A DNA stretch of 64,000 nt, taken from assembly GCA_041396985.1 (NCBI GenBank), contig JAWKXO010000001.1:59778-123777 (forward strand). The letters run 5' to 3'. Each line of letters begins with the position of its first letter. Positions within the stretch are counted from its first letter, which is position 1. Of the stretch, positions 18,287 to 27,706 are shown piece after piece. Under the pieces are notes generated by a model that saw only the letters and a list, made by a program, of their open reading frames with translations, was not told where the DNA came from and did not search any database. This DNA comes from Emcibacteraceae bacterium (GTDB taxonomy: Bacteria; Pseudomonadota; Alphaproteobacteria; Sphingomonadales; Emcibacteraceae). Both the position numbers and the translations under genes were made by a program.

Positions 18287-18808
18287 TTATGCAAATACAG
18301 CTTTAGTTTTTCTTCTGCGGCGAGCAAGGAAACCAACACCAAGCATCGCTGTAGAGAAGGCAATCAAAGCTGGTGGAAGTGGAACAGCAGCCACTGTCAG
18401 TGTATAACCACCACCATTTGAAAGGAAGTTACCTGTTACAGTCATTGTACCAGTTTGACCTGTTGTCAAAGCATGGAAGAACTCAGGAAACGGATTTGAA
18501 AGCATAACACCCAAACCATTTGTAACTATCTGTACACCACCCAGATCCCAAGTAAGGACCAGGTTTGAAATACCATAGTTATTAAGTGCTGTAGGATGGT
18601 TTACGCTGACAGCAAAGCTGAGATTTGTATCTTCAGATGCAGTAAATGAGTAAACATCATTAATGGCTGTTCCGCCTTGTCCGGCACCAACATCGTTATT
18701 GTAACTGGCAAAAAAGCTCGGATCTACTGATACGGCCTGTGCACCACTTACTGCCATAAATGTCGATACGACTAGAGCACTTAGTACAATATATAATTTT
18801 TTAAACAT
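18287..18808 (-). CDS. Secreted protein with a PEP-CTERM-like (VPLP-variant) C-terminal sorting signal; putative exosortase substrate
   Basis: Sec signal MFKKLYIVLSALVVSTFMAVSGAQA. The C-terminus ...TVAAVPLPPALIAFSTAMLGVGFLARRRRKTKAVFA gives a Pro-containing motif, a hydrophobic helix and an Arg cluster. A GAGGA RBS lies upstream of the ATG. Confidence 0.8.
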   Translation of the reverse strand: MFKKLYIVLSALVVSTFMAVSGAQAVSVDPSFFASYNNDVGAGQGGTAINDVYSFTASEDTNLSFAVSVNHPTALNNYGISNLVLTWDLGGVQIVTNGLGVMLSNPFPEFFHALTTGQTGTMTVTGNFLSNGGGYTLTVAAVPLPPALIAFSTAMLGVGFLARRRRKTKAVFA

Positions 18809-18890
18809 AACTTTCGTTCCTCAACGGTTATTTCGAATTTTTTATAATAATTGGCTAAAACTTATTACCAAACTTATCACACACAATATT

Positions 18891-18906
18891 AGCAATAATC
18901 ATGCCA
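18891..18906 (-). promoter_or_regulatory. Sigma-54 (-24/-12) promoter upstream of the PEP-CTERM-like gene
   Basis: The minus strand reads TGGCATGATTATTGCT. The consensus is TGGCACG-N4-TTGCW. GG/GC spacing is exact and there is one mismatch. It lies about 85-100 nt upstream of the ATG at 18808. Confidence 0.65.
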
Positions 18907-19239
18907 ACTTTATTTTACCCTTTATTTTCAACACATTAATCATGGTCTATATATAACCGGCATATCCAATTGTAAAGATTTTTAACAGTTTTAAATTACC
19001 AATCCTACTTTGGGACACATGGTTTTTTTCAGTCACATAACCAATTTGCCATACAGCAATCACTTATATAGCAAAATGAATCTTTTGAACATAAAATTTT
19101 TTATAAATTTTAACTATTGTTCATTTATAGGGGTCTTTTAAAAAAAATCGGAACTATTAATTGCTTATTCATGAACTGCGCATAATATAGCACTCAATTT
19201 TTTATAGGCTTTTAAGCAAAAAATTTAAAAGGTAAAATT

Positions 19240-20688
19240 TTGACGCAAAATAAAACAATATCAAAGGATAAACACGGCTCCGTGAGAAATATTCCTATTT
19301 CCAATGCGGTTCTGACCGTGCTTTATGTCATGTTTGATGGCCTCTGGATAATTGCGAGCGGAGCAATCTGTTATTACCTTATTTTCAATTTTTCCGTTGT
19401 GAACTCAAAAATTTATTCATCTGCCATCATTTTTGTCGTTTTCTGTTCCTGGTTCCTTTCCCATTTTGCAAGCCTTTATACATTTGAAACATTTATTAGC
19501 CCATATCAGAATATGCTGAAATTTATTGTGGTGCTGGCGACAGCATTCTGCCTGTTTATATCAATTGCCTTTTCGCTCTCTGTAACCGACTATTTTAACA
19601 AACAATGGGTTTATTATTTTATTGCCAGTTCTATCACGTTGGTCATTCTGGGGCGGGTTGTCGGGTACTACGTCATAAAAACAATGGCGAAAAACAGGCT
19701 TTTCTCCAGAAATGTGATCATCGTCGGCAGTGATCGCCGTGCCGAAATGCTTATAGATAAAATTGAAAGTGAATATCCCAAGTTAAATAATATCATTGGC
19801 ATTTTTGATGACCGAAAAGAACGGGCCGGACCGGAAGTTTGTGGCTATCCGGTTCTGGGGGACCTTAATGAGCTAACGCGGTATATCAGGAATAATAAAG
19901 TTGATGATGTTATTATCACCCTGCCCTGGAGCGCCGATGACCGGCTTTATAACATTGCAAGAAAACTGCGGGAATTACCGGTACATATCTATTTAAGTTC
20001 CGATCTGGTCGGCTACCGCATACCCTATAAGCCCTCAACCAATCATTTTATCGGCATTCCGATGATTGAAGTGGTCAAAACCCCCTTCTCCGACTGGATG
20101 ATTTTTATCAAAAAGGTTGAGGATATTATCTTCTCACTGGTTGCCCTCATCATTTTTGCTCCGCTGATGCTAATCATAGCCGCTGCAATCTGGATCGAAA
20201 GTCCCGGGCCCGTCATTTTCCGCCAGAAAAGATATGGCTATAACAATAAAATTTTCGAAATTTATAAATTCCGATCAATGACCCATAACCCGGTTCAGGA
20301 AGGAAAAACCCAACAGGCCACCAAAAATGATGCGCGGGTAACCCGGGTTGGTAAATTTATCCGAAAAACCAGCCTCGATGAACTGCCACAGATTTTCAAT
20401 GTGCTAAACGGCAGCATGTCGCTGGTGGGTCCCCGCCCCCATGCGGTTGACCATAATGAAGATTATGCAAAAGTGATTGATGGTTATTTCGCCCGTCACC
20501 GGGTTAAGCCCGGCATTACCGGCTGGGCCCAGATTAATGGCTTCCGCGGGATCACTGACACCGTTGATAAAATGGAAAGTCGGGTAAAATATGATGTTTA
20601 TTATGCCGAAAACTGGTCCTTATTTTTTGATCTTCAAATATTGATCGGCACCGTTTTTGTCGGTTTCATCAGTAAAAACGCACATTAA
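19240..20688 (+). CDS. Undecaprenyl-phosphate sugar phosphotransferase (WbaP/ExoY-type priming transferase)
   Basis: N-terminal TM helices, a central linker domain, and a C-terminal bacterial sugar transferase domain ([13 protein letters not shown]...FEIYKFRSM...[22 protein letters not shown]). The ORF-track start is TTG. Confidence 0.9.
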   Translation: MTQNKTISKDKHGSVRNIPISNAVLTVLYVMFDGLWIIASGAICYYLIFNFSVVNSKIYSSAIIFVVFCSWFLSHFASLYTFETFISPYQNMLKFIVVLATAFCLFISIAFSLSVTDYFNKQWVYYFIASSITLVILGRVVGYYVIKTMAKNRLFSRNVIIVGSDRRAEMLIDKIESEYPKLNNIIGIFDDRKERAGPEVCGYPVLGDLNELTRYIRNNKVDDVIITLPWSADDRLYNIARKLRELPVHIYLSSDLVGYRIPYKPSTNHFIGIPMIEVVKTPFSDWMIFIKKVEDIIFSLVALIIFAPLMLIIAAAIWIESPGPVIFRQKRYGYNNKIFEIYKFRSMTHNPVQEGKTQQATKNDARVTRVGKFIRKTSLDELPQIFNVLNGSMSLVGPRPHAVDHNEDYAKVIDGYFARHRVKPGITGWAQINGFRGITDTVDKMESRVKYDVYYAENWSLFFDLQILIGTVFVGFISKNAH

Positions 20689-20695
20689 AATTCAC

Positions 20696-22033
20696 CTAAC
20701 TCCGGGCGTGCCGTTCTGCCTTCATGGTTAGGGACACAAGAATGATCGCAATAATGCAGGATCCGACAATTAGCATAAATCCGGCATCCCATCCCGCCCT
20801 GTCGACCGCATAGCCAATCGCAATATTGGCTGATACCGTACCACCGACATATCCGAAAAGGCCGGTAAATCCGGCAGCGGTTCCCGCCGCTTTTTTAGGG
20901 ACAAGATCAAGCGCGAAAAGACCAATCAGCATTACAGGACCATAAATAAAAAATCCGATCGCAATCAGCATGGCAATATCAAGGCCCGGATTAGCCGCCG
21001 GATTAAGCCAGTAAACCAGCACACAGACCATCGTAATCGCCATAAAAATAACCAGTACCGGCGAACGATGTGCCTTAAAATATTTATCCGATATCCAGCC
21101 GCAGATAATGGTTCCCGGTATTCCGGCCCATTCATAAAAAGCATAGCCTAAGCTACTATCATCAAATGAAAAACCCTTGACTTCGCGCAGGTAAGTCGGG
21201 GCCCAGTCAAGCACCCCGTACCTGACCAGATAGACAAACGCATTGGCCACCGCAATTGCCCAGAGCAGTTTATTATTCAGGACATATTCCAGAAAAATCT
21301 CTTTTGCTGAAAATTCCTTTTCATGGCTTTTATTATATTCAAATGCGGTCGGGTAATTATGATGATATTCCTCGATCGTCGGCAAGCCTTGCGACTGCGG
21401 CGTATCCCGCACCATATAAAGAATGAACAGAGAAATCGCGACGGCAATCATACCGTGAAAATAAAAAACCGAATGATAATCGTTAAAAATCTTCATTCCC
21501 CAGATTGCCAGTATGCCGACCATGCCTCCGCCAACATTATGGGCAACATTCCAGATCGCCATTTTTGTCCCGCGTTCGTACGGAGAAAACCAATGAACCA
21601 TCACCCTGCCCGACGGCGGCCAGCCCATACCCTGAAACCAGCCATTGATAAGAAGTAATGTGAACATTATGGCAACCGAACTAGTGGCCCAGGCCATCGT
21701 TCCCATCATAATCATCGTCAGCGCCGATGCCATTAGGCCAAGTGCCATAAAATAACGGGCATTACTGCGGTCAGATACGCTGCCCATAATAAATTTGGAC
21801 ACGCCGTAAGCAATGGCAACACCGGACAAGGCAAAACCCAGTTCAGTTCTTGAATAACCTTCCTCAATTAATGACGGCATCGCCAGGGTGAAGTTTTTCC
21901 GGACCAGATAAAAACCAGCATATCCAATGAATATGCCGATAAACACCTGAAGCCTGAGGCGGCTATATTCACTATCCACGTTGGCTTCATCAATTGCCTC
22001 GATATGTGCCGCGGGCTTTAAAAATCCTATCAT
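20696..22033 (-). CDS. glpT: Glycerol-3-phosphate/phosphate antiporter (MFS, organophosphate:Pi antiporter family)
   Basis: N-terminus FLKPAAHIEAIDEANVDSEYSRLRLQVFIGIFIGYAGFYLVRKNF is typical of GlpT/UhpT. 12 TM. It sits in an operon with glpQ and glpD. Confidence 0.9.
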   Translation of the reverse strand: MIGFLKPAAHIEAIDEANVDSEYSRLRLQVFIGIFIGYAGFYLVRKNFTLAMPSLIEEGYSRTELGFALSGVAIAYGVSKFIMGSVSDRSNARYFMALGLMASALTMIMMGTMAWATSSVAIMFTLLLINGWFQGMGWPPSGRVMVHWFSPYERGTKMAIWNVAHNVGGGMVGILAIWGMKIFNDYHSVFYFHGMIAVAISLFILYMVRDTPQSQGLPTIEEYHHNYPTAFEYNKSHEKEFSAKEIFLEYVLNNKLLWAIAVANAFVYLVRYGVLDWAPTYLREVKGFSFDDSSLGYAFYEWAGIPGTIICGWISDKYFKAHRSPVLVIFMAITMVCVLVYWLNPAANPGLDIAMLIAIGFFIYGPVMLIGLFALDLVPKKAAGTAAGFTGLFGYVGGTVSANIAIGYAVDRAGWDAGFMLIVGSCIIAIILVSLTMKAERHARS

Positions 22034-22049
22034 TGTCCCTTACCCTTTT

Positions 22050-23063
22050 TTATTTTTTATGTAAAAACCTGACAACCCGATCCGGAAAATCACTGAATAG
22101 GCCATCAACCCCGACTTTATTATAAAATATGTCTAAGAGCTCCTCAAAACTGCCGACAAATTTTGGCATAGCAAAGCGCTCAGCCCGAAAAGTATATGGA
22201 TGAACCACTAGTCCCGCATCATGGGCATTCTTTACCAGATCGGTAATATGATAACCGGCGGCACTGTCATCCGCTTTGGTGATCATGGATATGCTCGGGC
22301 CAATACCGTCGGCGTATTTTGATAGGGCTATGAGGCCATCTCTCGTTATTATATCTTTGTAATCATCCTCTTCCCCCATAAGCTGAACCAGTTTGATATC
22401 GATCCCCAGTTCTGGCAGAAGTTCATCATGAACCCGTTTCAGATCATCAAATTCAAAGGTCTGATAGTAAGCGTTGCTGTTTTTACTGTCATAACCATAT
22501 TTTTTAAATGTCTGTAAAATGGCTTTGCTTAAATCCTTCCCTTCCGAAAGATGAAATGCGGCGCTTTTTGATTCTGTATAAATCCCGATATTTTGTCCGG
22601 TTGATTTATTAAGTCCCTGTATCATTTCAATTTCATCTTCCAGCGTATGAACTTTGAATATTGATTTCCCCAAGGGAAAACGCCCGGGGAAATAAGCAAC
22701 CCTTTTTCCGCCGTCATCAATATGAAACCTCTCAAGCACATTAAGGGTCAGGATTTCTGCAAGTGTAAAATCTATCACATAATAGCGCCCATCCGCGCGC
22801 TTGCGGCTTGGAAATTTTTCCTGAACGTCAGTGACCTGATCAAGAAAATGATCATGCAGCACGACCAGCCGGTTATCCTTGGTCATCACAACATCCTGTT
22901 CAATATAATCAGGGCCCATGGCATAGGCCATTGCCTTTGCCGGCATGGTATGCTCAGGAAGATACCCACTGGCCCCACGGTGGGCAACGACGATTTTTTC
23001 TGCGGCAATTGCTGTTGTCATTGTAATAACCACTAATGATAAAATTAATGTGATAAGACGCAT
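22050..23063 (-). CDS. glpQ: Periplasmic glycerophosphodiester phosphodiesterase
   Basis: Signal peptide, then VVAHRGASGYLPEHT...EQDVVMTKD...VLHD and HPYTFR, which are GDPD-family motifs. Confidence 0.9.
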   Translation of the reverse strand: MRLITLILSLVVITMTTAIAAEKIVVAHRGASGYLPEHTMPAKAMAYAMGPDYIEQDVVMTKDNRLVVLHDHFLDQVTDVQEKFPSRKRADGRYYVIDFTLAEILTLNVLERFHIDDGGKRVAYFPGRFPLGKSIFKVHTLEDEIEMIQGLNKSTGQNIGIYTESKSAAFHLSEGKDLSKAILQTFKKYGYDSKNSNAYYQTFEFDDLKRVHDELLPELGIDIKLVQLMGEEDDYKDIITRDGLIALSKYADGIGPSISMITKADDSAAGYHITDLVKNAHDAGLVVHPYTFRAERFAMPKFVGSFEELLDIFYNKVGVDGLFSDFPDRVVRFLHKK

Positions 23064-23158
23064 TATTCCATTCTCCCGATTTTGCGCAAATCACAGTGCA
23101 TGGATTAATCGGTATTTGCAATAAACAATTTTGTGAACAACAGTTTATGTCACTAATT

Positions 23159-24640
23159 TCATATTTCGTTAAACCGGTTTTTAATTTTCTTTATCTCTTC
23201 TTCTGTCATGTGAAGGCCAAGTTTACTTCGCCGCCAGAGCAGGTCATCGGCTGATCTGACCCACTCATATTTGCTCAGATAGACCACTTCCTTCTCGTAA
23301 AGGCCCGCACCATAATACTGACCCAAGTCGTCAACCGATCTCACTTTTTCAAGGACGGTCCAGGCAAGCGTTCCGTAACTTCGAAAAAGTCTGGTGGCCA
23401 TTTCCGGTTTTAGAAATGGATAATCAACACAGAATTTCTGATATTTTTGATCATAGTCGGCGAATTTAAAATCGCCCCCGGGAAGCGAACTTCCCGCTGT
23501 CCAATGTCCCGGCATGTCAGGGAAAAAATGCTTTAACTGATCAAGGCTTTTTTCCGCCAGCGCCCGATAAGTGGTGATCTTGCCACCGATAATATTCAGC
23601 AGGGCATTTTTCTTATCAAGCTTTAGAACAAAATCCCTTGTGGCCGCCTGTGCCTTGCTTGCGCCGTCATCATAAAGCGGGCGGACACCGGCATAATGGC
23701 TGATCACATCGTCGGGCGAAATATCTTTCTGAAAATAATCATTGGCCAATTCACATAAATACTCAATTTCGCTCTGGTCGATATGAATATCTGACAGATT
23801 GCCCTTAAAATCCTGATCAGTCGTCCCGATCAGGGTAAAATTTTTCTGATAGGGAATGACAAAAATAATCCTGCCCTGCTTTCCCTGAAAAACATACGCC
23901 CGGTCATGATCATATAATTTTTTGATGATGATATGGCTGCCTTTTACCAGCCTGATCATTTTCCTGTCATGATGAAGAAAAACATCGCTTAGAACCTGAT
24001 CAACCCATGGGCCGGCGGCATTAACAATCACTTTGGCCTTTATCTTTTTTTCAACATTACCCACTGTGTCCAGCAGGGTGATTTGCCATAATCCGTCCTC
24101 ACGCACAGCTTTTATACATTTATGCCGGGTCAGGATTTCCGCGCCATGATCACGGGCAACAATGGCGTTAAGCAGCACAAGACGCGCATCATCAACCCAG
24201 CAGTCTGAATATTCAAAAGCCTTGTTATACCCCGGTTCAAGAACGCCTGAGAATGGTTCATTTTTTAAGGAAACCGTTTTTGTCGGCGGCAATATTTTTC
24301 GCCCCCCGAGATGGTCATAAATAAACAGCCCAAGACGCAGGAACCATGCCGGGCGAAGACCTTTCTGCGGCAGCAAAAAGCGCATCGGTTTAATGATATG
24401 GGGCGCCGCATTCAGCAGGACTTCGCGTTCAGTAAGGGCTTCATGAACAAGGCGAAATTCAAAATATTCAAGATAACGAAGTCCGCCATGAATAAGCTTG
24501 GTGCTGGCTGATGATGTGCCGCTGGCCAGGTCATTCTGTTCGGCCAATATAACTTTAAGTCCCCGCCCTGCGGCATCCGCTGCAATACCACAGCCATTAA
24601 TACCGCCACCTATAATGAAAATATCGGCGGCTTCAGTCAA
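23159..24640 (-). CDS. glpD: FAD-dependent glycerol-3-phosphate dehydrogenase
   Basis: DIFIIGGGINGCGIAADAAGRGLKVILAEQNDLASGTSSASTKLIHGGLRYLE is the canonical GlpD N-terminus. 493 aa. Confidence 0.9.
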   Translation of the reverse strand: MTEAADIFIIGGGINGCGIAADAAGRGLKVILAEQNDLASGTSSASTKLIHGGLRYLEYFEFRLVHEALTEREVLLNAAPHIIKPMRFLLPQKGLRPAWFLRLGLFIYDHLGGRKILPPTKTVSLKNEPFSGVLEPGYNKAFEYSDCWVDDARLVLLNAIVARDHGAEILTRHKCIKAVREDGLWQITLLDTVGNVEKKIKAKVIVNAAGPWVDQVLSDVFLHHDRKMIRLVKGSHIIIKKLYDHDRAYVFQGKQGRIIFVIPYQKNFTLIGTTDQDFKGNLSDIHIDQSEIEYLCELANDYFQKDISPDDVISHYAGVRPLYDDGASKAQAATRDFVLKLDKKNALLNIIGGKITTYRALAEKSLDQLKHFFPDMPGHWTAGSSLPGGDFKFADYDQKYQKFCVDYPFLKPEMATRLFRSYGTLAWTVLEKVRSVDDLGQYYGAGLYEKEVVYLSKYEWVRSADDLLWRRSKLGLHMTEEEIKKIKNRFNEI

Positions 24641-24770
24641 TTCATGGTTCCTTTATATATTTGGCAAGAAATTTTTCAATTTCCTGATAAAATTTTACTG
24701 TATATTTTTCCCTTTCTTCTCACAAGCCTATATAGTCTGAACATGACTTTTTTTCATAAGGATAACTGAT

Positions 24771-25025
24771 ATGAATAATCTTAAATTAATAATGGATAGT
24801 ATTGGCTGGATCGGGGCATTGTCCTTACTGATTGCCTATCTGCTTATCTCAAACGGAAAACTGGATGCCAGCAAAAAGCTCTATCAGTATTTAAACCTGA
24901 TCGGCAGTTTTTGTCTGATCAGCAACACTTATTATTATGGGACCATGGCACTGGTTTTTCTGAATGGCGTATGGGCACTGATCGGAATAAACAGCTTGCG
25001 AAAAATGTTCACAGAAGAAAATTAA
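24771..25025 (+). CDS. Small membrane protein (two or three helices), function unknown
   Basis: 84 aa, hydrophobic (IGWIGALSLLIAYLLIS...LIGSFCLISNTYYY...LVFLNGVWALIGI). It occupies an otherwise empty interval. Confidence 0.5.
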   Translation: MNNLKLIMDSIGWIGALSLLIAYLLISNGKLDASKKLYQYLNLIGSFCLISNTYYYGTMALVFLNGVWALIGINSLRKMFTEEN

Positions 25026-25128
25026 CTATTTTAAAAATAACATATTAACTTTAGCTTATCTTAATCATTTATCATTAGTATTTTTTCAAAATAACGCTAC
25101 GATATATTCATTAAATAACGGATGCCCA

Positions 25129-27528
25129 GTGATCTCGGAAAAAAGAACAAGTTTACCATTTAAGCAAATATTGCCTTTTATAGGCATCATAACCCTGTTG
25201 TTGACAGGATGTGGTGGCGGAGCAAGCAGCGGGGGCAGCACGACCGGCCCAACTATCGTTAACCCGCCTGCGCCAGTTCCGGATCCTAATCCAACACCAA
25301 CACCAATTGCCTATAACACAGCGGAATACCGCCAGAATCCGTCGCTGGCACAGATGAATGTGCAGGCAGCATATTTAAACTGCATCACAGGTGATGGTAT
25401 TTTGGTTGCTGTTATTGATTCAGGCGTTACTGAAGTACCGGAGCTTCAGGGTAAACTTCATCCAAGCAGTACAAACATAGTAACGGGTGACCCAAATGAT
25501 GGTGATGACTTTAACGGCCATGGAACAGCAATGGCAGGGATCATTGCCGCCAACCGTGATCAGGATACAAATTTTAATAGCTTTAATATGCATGGCTCGG
25601 CCTTTAATGCCCAAATTTTAAATATAAATTCAACAACGTCCGCTGATTGCACCGATTTTACCGATTGCTCCTTTTATCATTCAAATATTGCCGCTGCCTA
25701 TGATTATGCCGTTGCTCATAATGCCAGAATCATTAATGAAAGCCTTGGGTCTGATACCCCAAGCAGTCCTTCATTACAGCTTGCCGCGAAAAATGCTGTT
25801 GAAGCCGGACTTTTAATTGTTCTGCCTGCAGGAAATATATCTGCCGGTGATCCTCCGGGAACAGGCGACAGTATTGAAAGGTCATCAGAAGTTGCCTATG
25901 CAGACTGGGCAAACGGGCAGATCATTGTTGCCGGTTCCGTTGATGAAAATAATGTCATTTCCGACTTCAGCTTTAAGGCTGGTGACGCCGCCAAAAATGT
26001 TTATCTGATGGCACCGGGCAGTGGAATCATTGCCCCGGATCATGATCTGGATAATGATTATCAGTATGTTGAAATTCAGGGCACTTCAGCCTCAACAGCG
26101 CAGATTTCAGGTATCGCTGCTTTGCTGATGGAAGCTTATCCAAACCTTACTGCTGCCCAGGTTGCTGATCTGCTCTTTACAACAGCAACGGACCTTGGCG
26201 ATCCTGGCGTAGATGCCATTTATGGTCGCGGACTTGTCAATGTTGCTGAAGCCTTTAGCGCCCAGGGCACGCTATCAATTGCCGGAACAGGAATAGCAGC
26301 AGGCGTGGACATAGGCACAAAAGACAGCATTGCCCAGCAGAACCTTATTTTTTCAGGGGGCGCATTCGGGGCGGATATTTCTTTTTCTGGCGAATTTAAC
26401 GATATTATGGTGCTGGATAAGTATCAACGATCTTTTCAAATTGATTTTTCCGGCGGCATATATGCCCCTGAGCCGGTGATGGCACTTGATACTTATTTAG
26501 AAAATAATTTAAGCAGCCGCAATCAGCAGATGCGCCTTAATGACCGCACAACATTAAAACTCGGCTGGCAGCATGACACAAGATTCAATCAAATTGATAA
26601 AAGCATTTTTAGCGGTCATCTTGGGCGTGAGAGACGAGCAGAAAACCTTCGTATGTCCCTTGCCTATGACTTAAGCGATAAACAAATTGCAAAAATTTCG
26701 GGTGGCATGTCAATTGCCGAAATGATGGAGGATTACCGCCCTGACGATTATATTGCCCAGGGAAAATTCGGATATAGTTCCCTTTTAAATGCACATGGTC
26801 TTCGTGCTCTTTCCTATAAAACCATGCTTGGTAAAAACAGCACATTTGAAACCGCTTATGCCAGCAGCAGAATGACATTTAACGAAAATCTCTTTGGTTT
26901 TAATATAAAAAGCGAAAGCACACTGCTTATGAACCGTTATTCGCATTTTGTATCCGATAAGTTTTTGATCAGTGTTGATCTTGGCCTTCTAAATGAAAAA
27001 GGCAGCGTCCTCGGGGCCGTTTCAACGGGTGCTCTCGAAATCGGGTCCGGTGCCCGGACCGCGTTCAGCGGCACCAATATGGATTACAGACTTTCAGATA
27101 ACAGCAGCTTTTTTGCCCGGGCATCATTCGGTCTTACCAATGTGGATCAAAGCGGCAAAAGCCTCATAAGCAATATTTCAACATTAAAATCAATGAGCTA
27201 TCTTGTCGGGTTTAAATCAAGCGGCCTGATATTTGAAAACGATCAGGTCTCGCTGACAATGAGCCAGCCACTCAGACTTCAAACGGGTTATGCAACAATC
27301 AGTCATGCCATTGACCGAAATTACCTTACGAACGATTTTACAATGGCCTATAACCGCTTTTCCCTCACTCCCGGAGGGCGTGAGCAGGATTTTGAGCTCT
27401 CCTATTCCATTGTTGATTTTCATGGTGCCAGACTTCAGTTTAATTTGCTGCACCAGTTAAATCCCGGGCATTTAAGAAGCATTAAAAGTGCAACCAGTCT
27501 GTTGTTCAGGGTCGGATCGGCATTTTGA
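25129..27528 (+). CDS. Subtilisin-family (S8) serine protease autotransporter with an N-terminal lipobox
   Basis: GTG start. Lipobox LLLTGCGG. Catalytic triad blocks VAVIDSGV (Asp), NGHGTAMAGIIAA (His), GTSASTAQISGIAALL (Ser). The C-terminal ~300 aa are beta-rich and end ...LLFRVGSAF, which is autotransporter-barrel like. Confidence 0.85.
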   Translation: MISEKRTSLPFKQILPFIGIITLLLTGCGGGASSGGSTTGPTIVNPPAPVPDPNPTPTPIAYNTAEYRQNPSLAQMNVQAAYLNCITGDGILVAVIDSGVTEVPELQGKLHPSSTNIVTGDPNDGDDFNGHGTAMAGIIAANRDQDTNFNSFNMHGSAFNAQILNINSTTSADCTDFTDCSFYHSNIAAAYDYAVAHNARIINESLGSDTPSSPSLQLAAKNAVEAGLLIVLPAGNISAGDPPGTGDSIERSSEVAYADWANGQIIVAGSVDENNVISDFSFKAGDAAKNVYLMAPGSGIIAPDHDLDNDYQYVEIQGTSASTAQISGIAALLMEAYPNLTAAQVADLLFTTATDLGDPGVDAIYGRGLVNVAEAFSAQGTLSIAGTGIAAGVDIGTKDSIAQQNLIFSGGAFGADISFSGEFNDIMVLDKYQRSFQIDFSGGIYAPEPVMALDTYLENNLSSRNQQMRLNDRTTLKLGWQHDTRFNQIDKSIFSGHLGRERRAENLRMSLAYDLSDKQIAKISGGMSIAEMMEDYRPDDYIAQGKFGYSSLLNAHGLRALSYKTMLGKNSTFETAYASSRMTFNENLFGFNIKSESTLLMNRYSHFVSDKFLISVDLGLLNEKGSVLGAVSTGALEIGSGARTAFSGTNMDYRLSDNSSFFARASFGLTNVDQSGKSLISNISTLKSMSYLVGFKSSGLIFENDQVSLTMSQPLRLQTGYATISHAIDRNYLTNDFTMAYNRFSLTPGGREQDFELSYSIVDFHGARLQFNLLHQLNPGHLRSIKSATSLLFRVGSAF

Positions 27529-27529
27529 T

Positions 27530-27706
27530 ATGGCAGAAATTCTCAGTCTCAGTAAAGCAAGAAAGAAAAAGACCCGCGCCGAGAAAGAAAATCGCGCCAC
27601 TGAAAATCGTGTTAAATTCGGCAGGACAAAAGCGGAAAAGAAACTGACTGAAGCAAAAAAAGCAAAGCGTGAAAAGGATTTGAGCGCCCATAAACGCGAC
27701 GATTAA
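27530..27706 (+). CDS. Small highly basic protein (DUF4169-like)
   Basis: The likely start is the internal ATG at 27530 (MAEILSLSKARKKKTRAEKENRATENRVKFGRTKAEKKL...). This pattern matches small alphaproteobacterial DUF4169 proteins as I remember them. Confidence 0.55.
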   Translation: MAEILSLSKARKKKTRAEKENRATENRVKFGRTKAEKKLTEAKKAKREKDLSAHKRDD

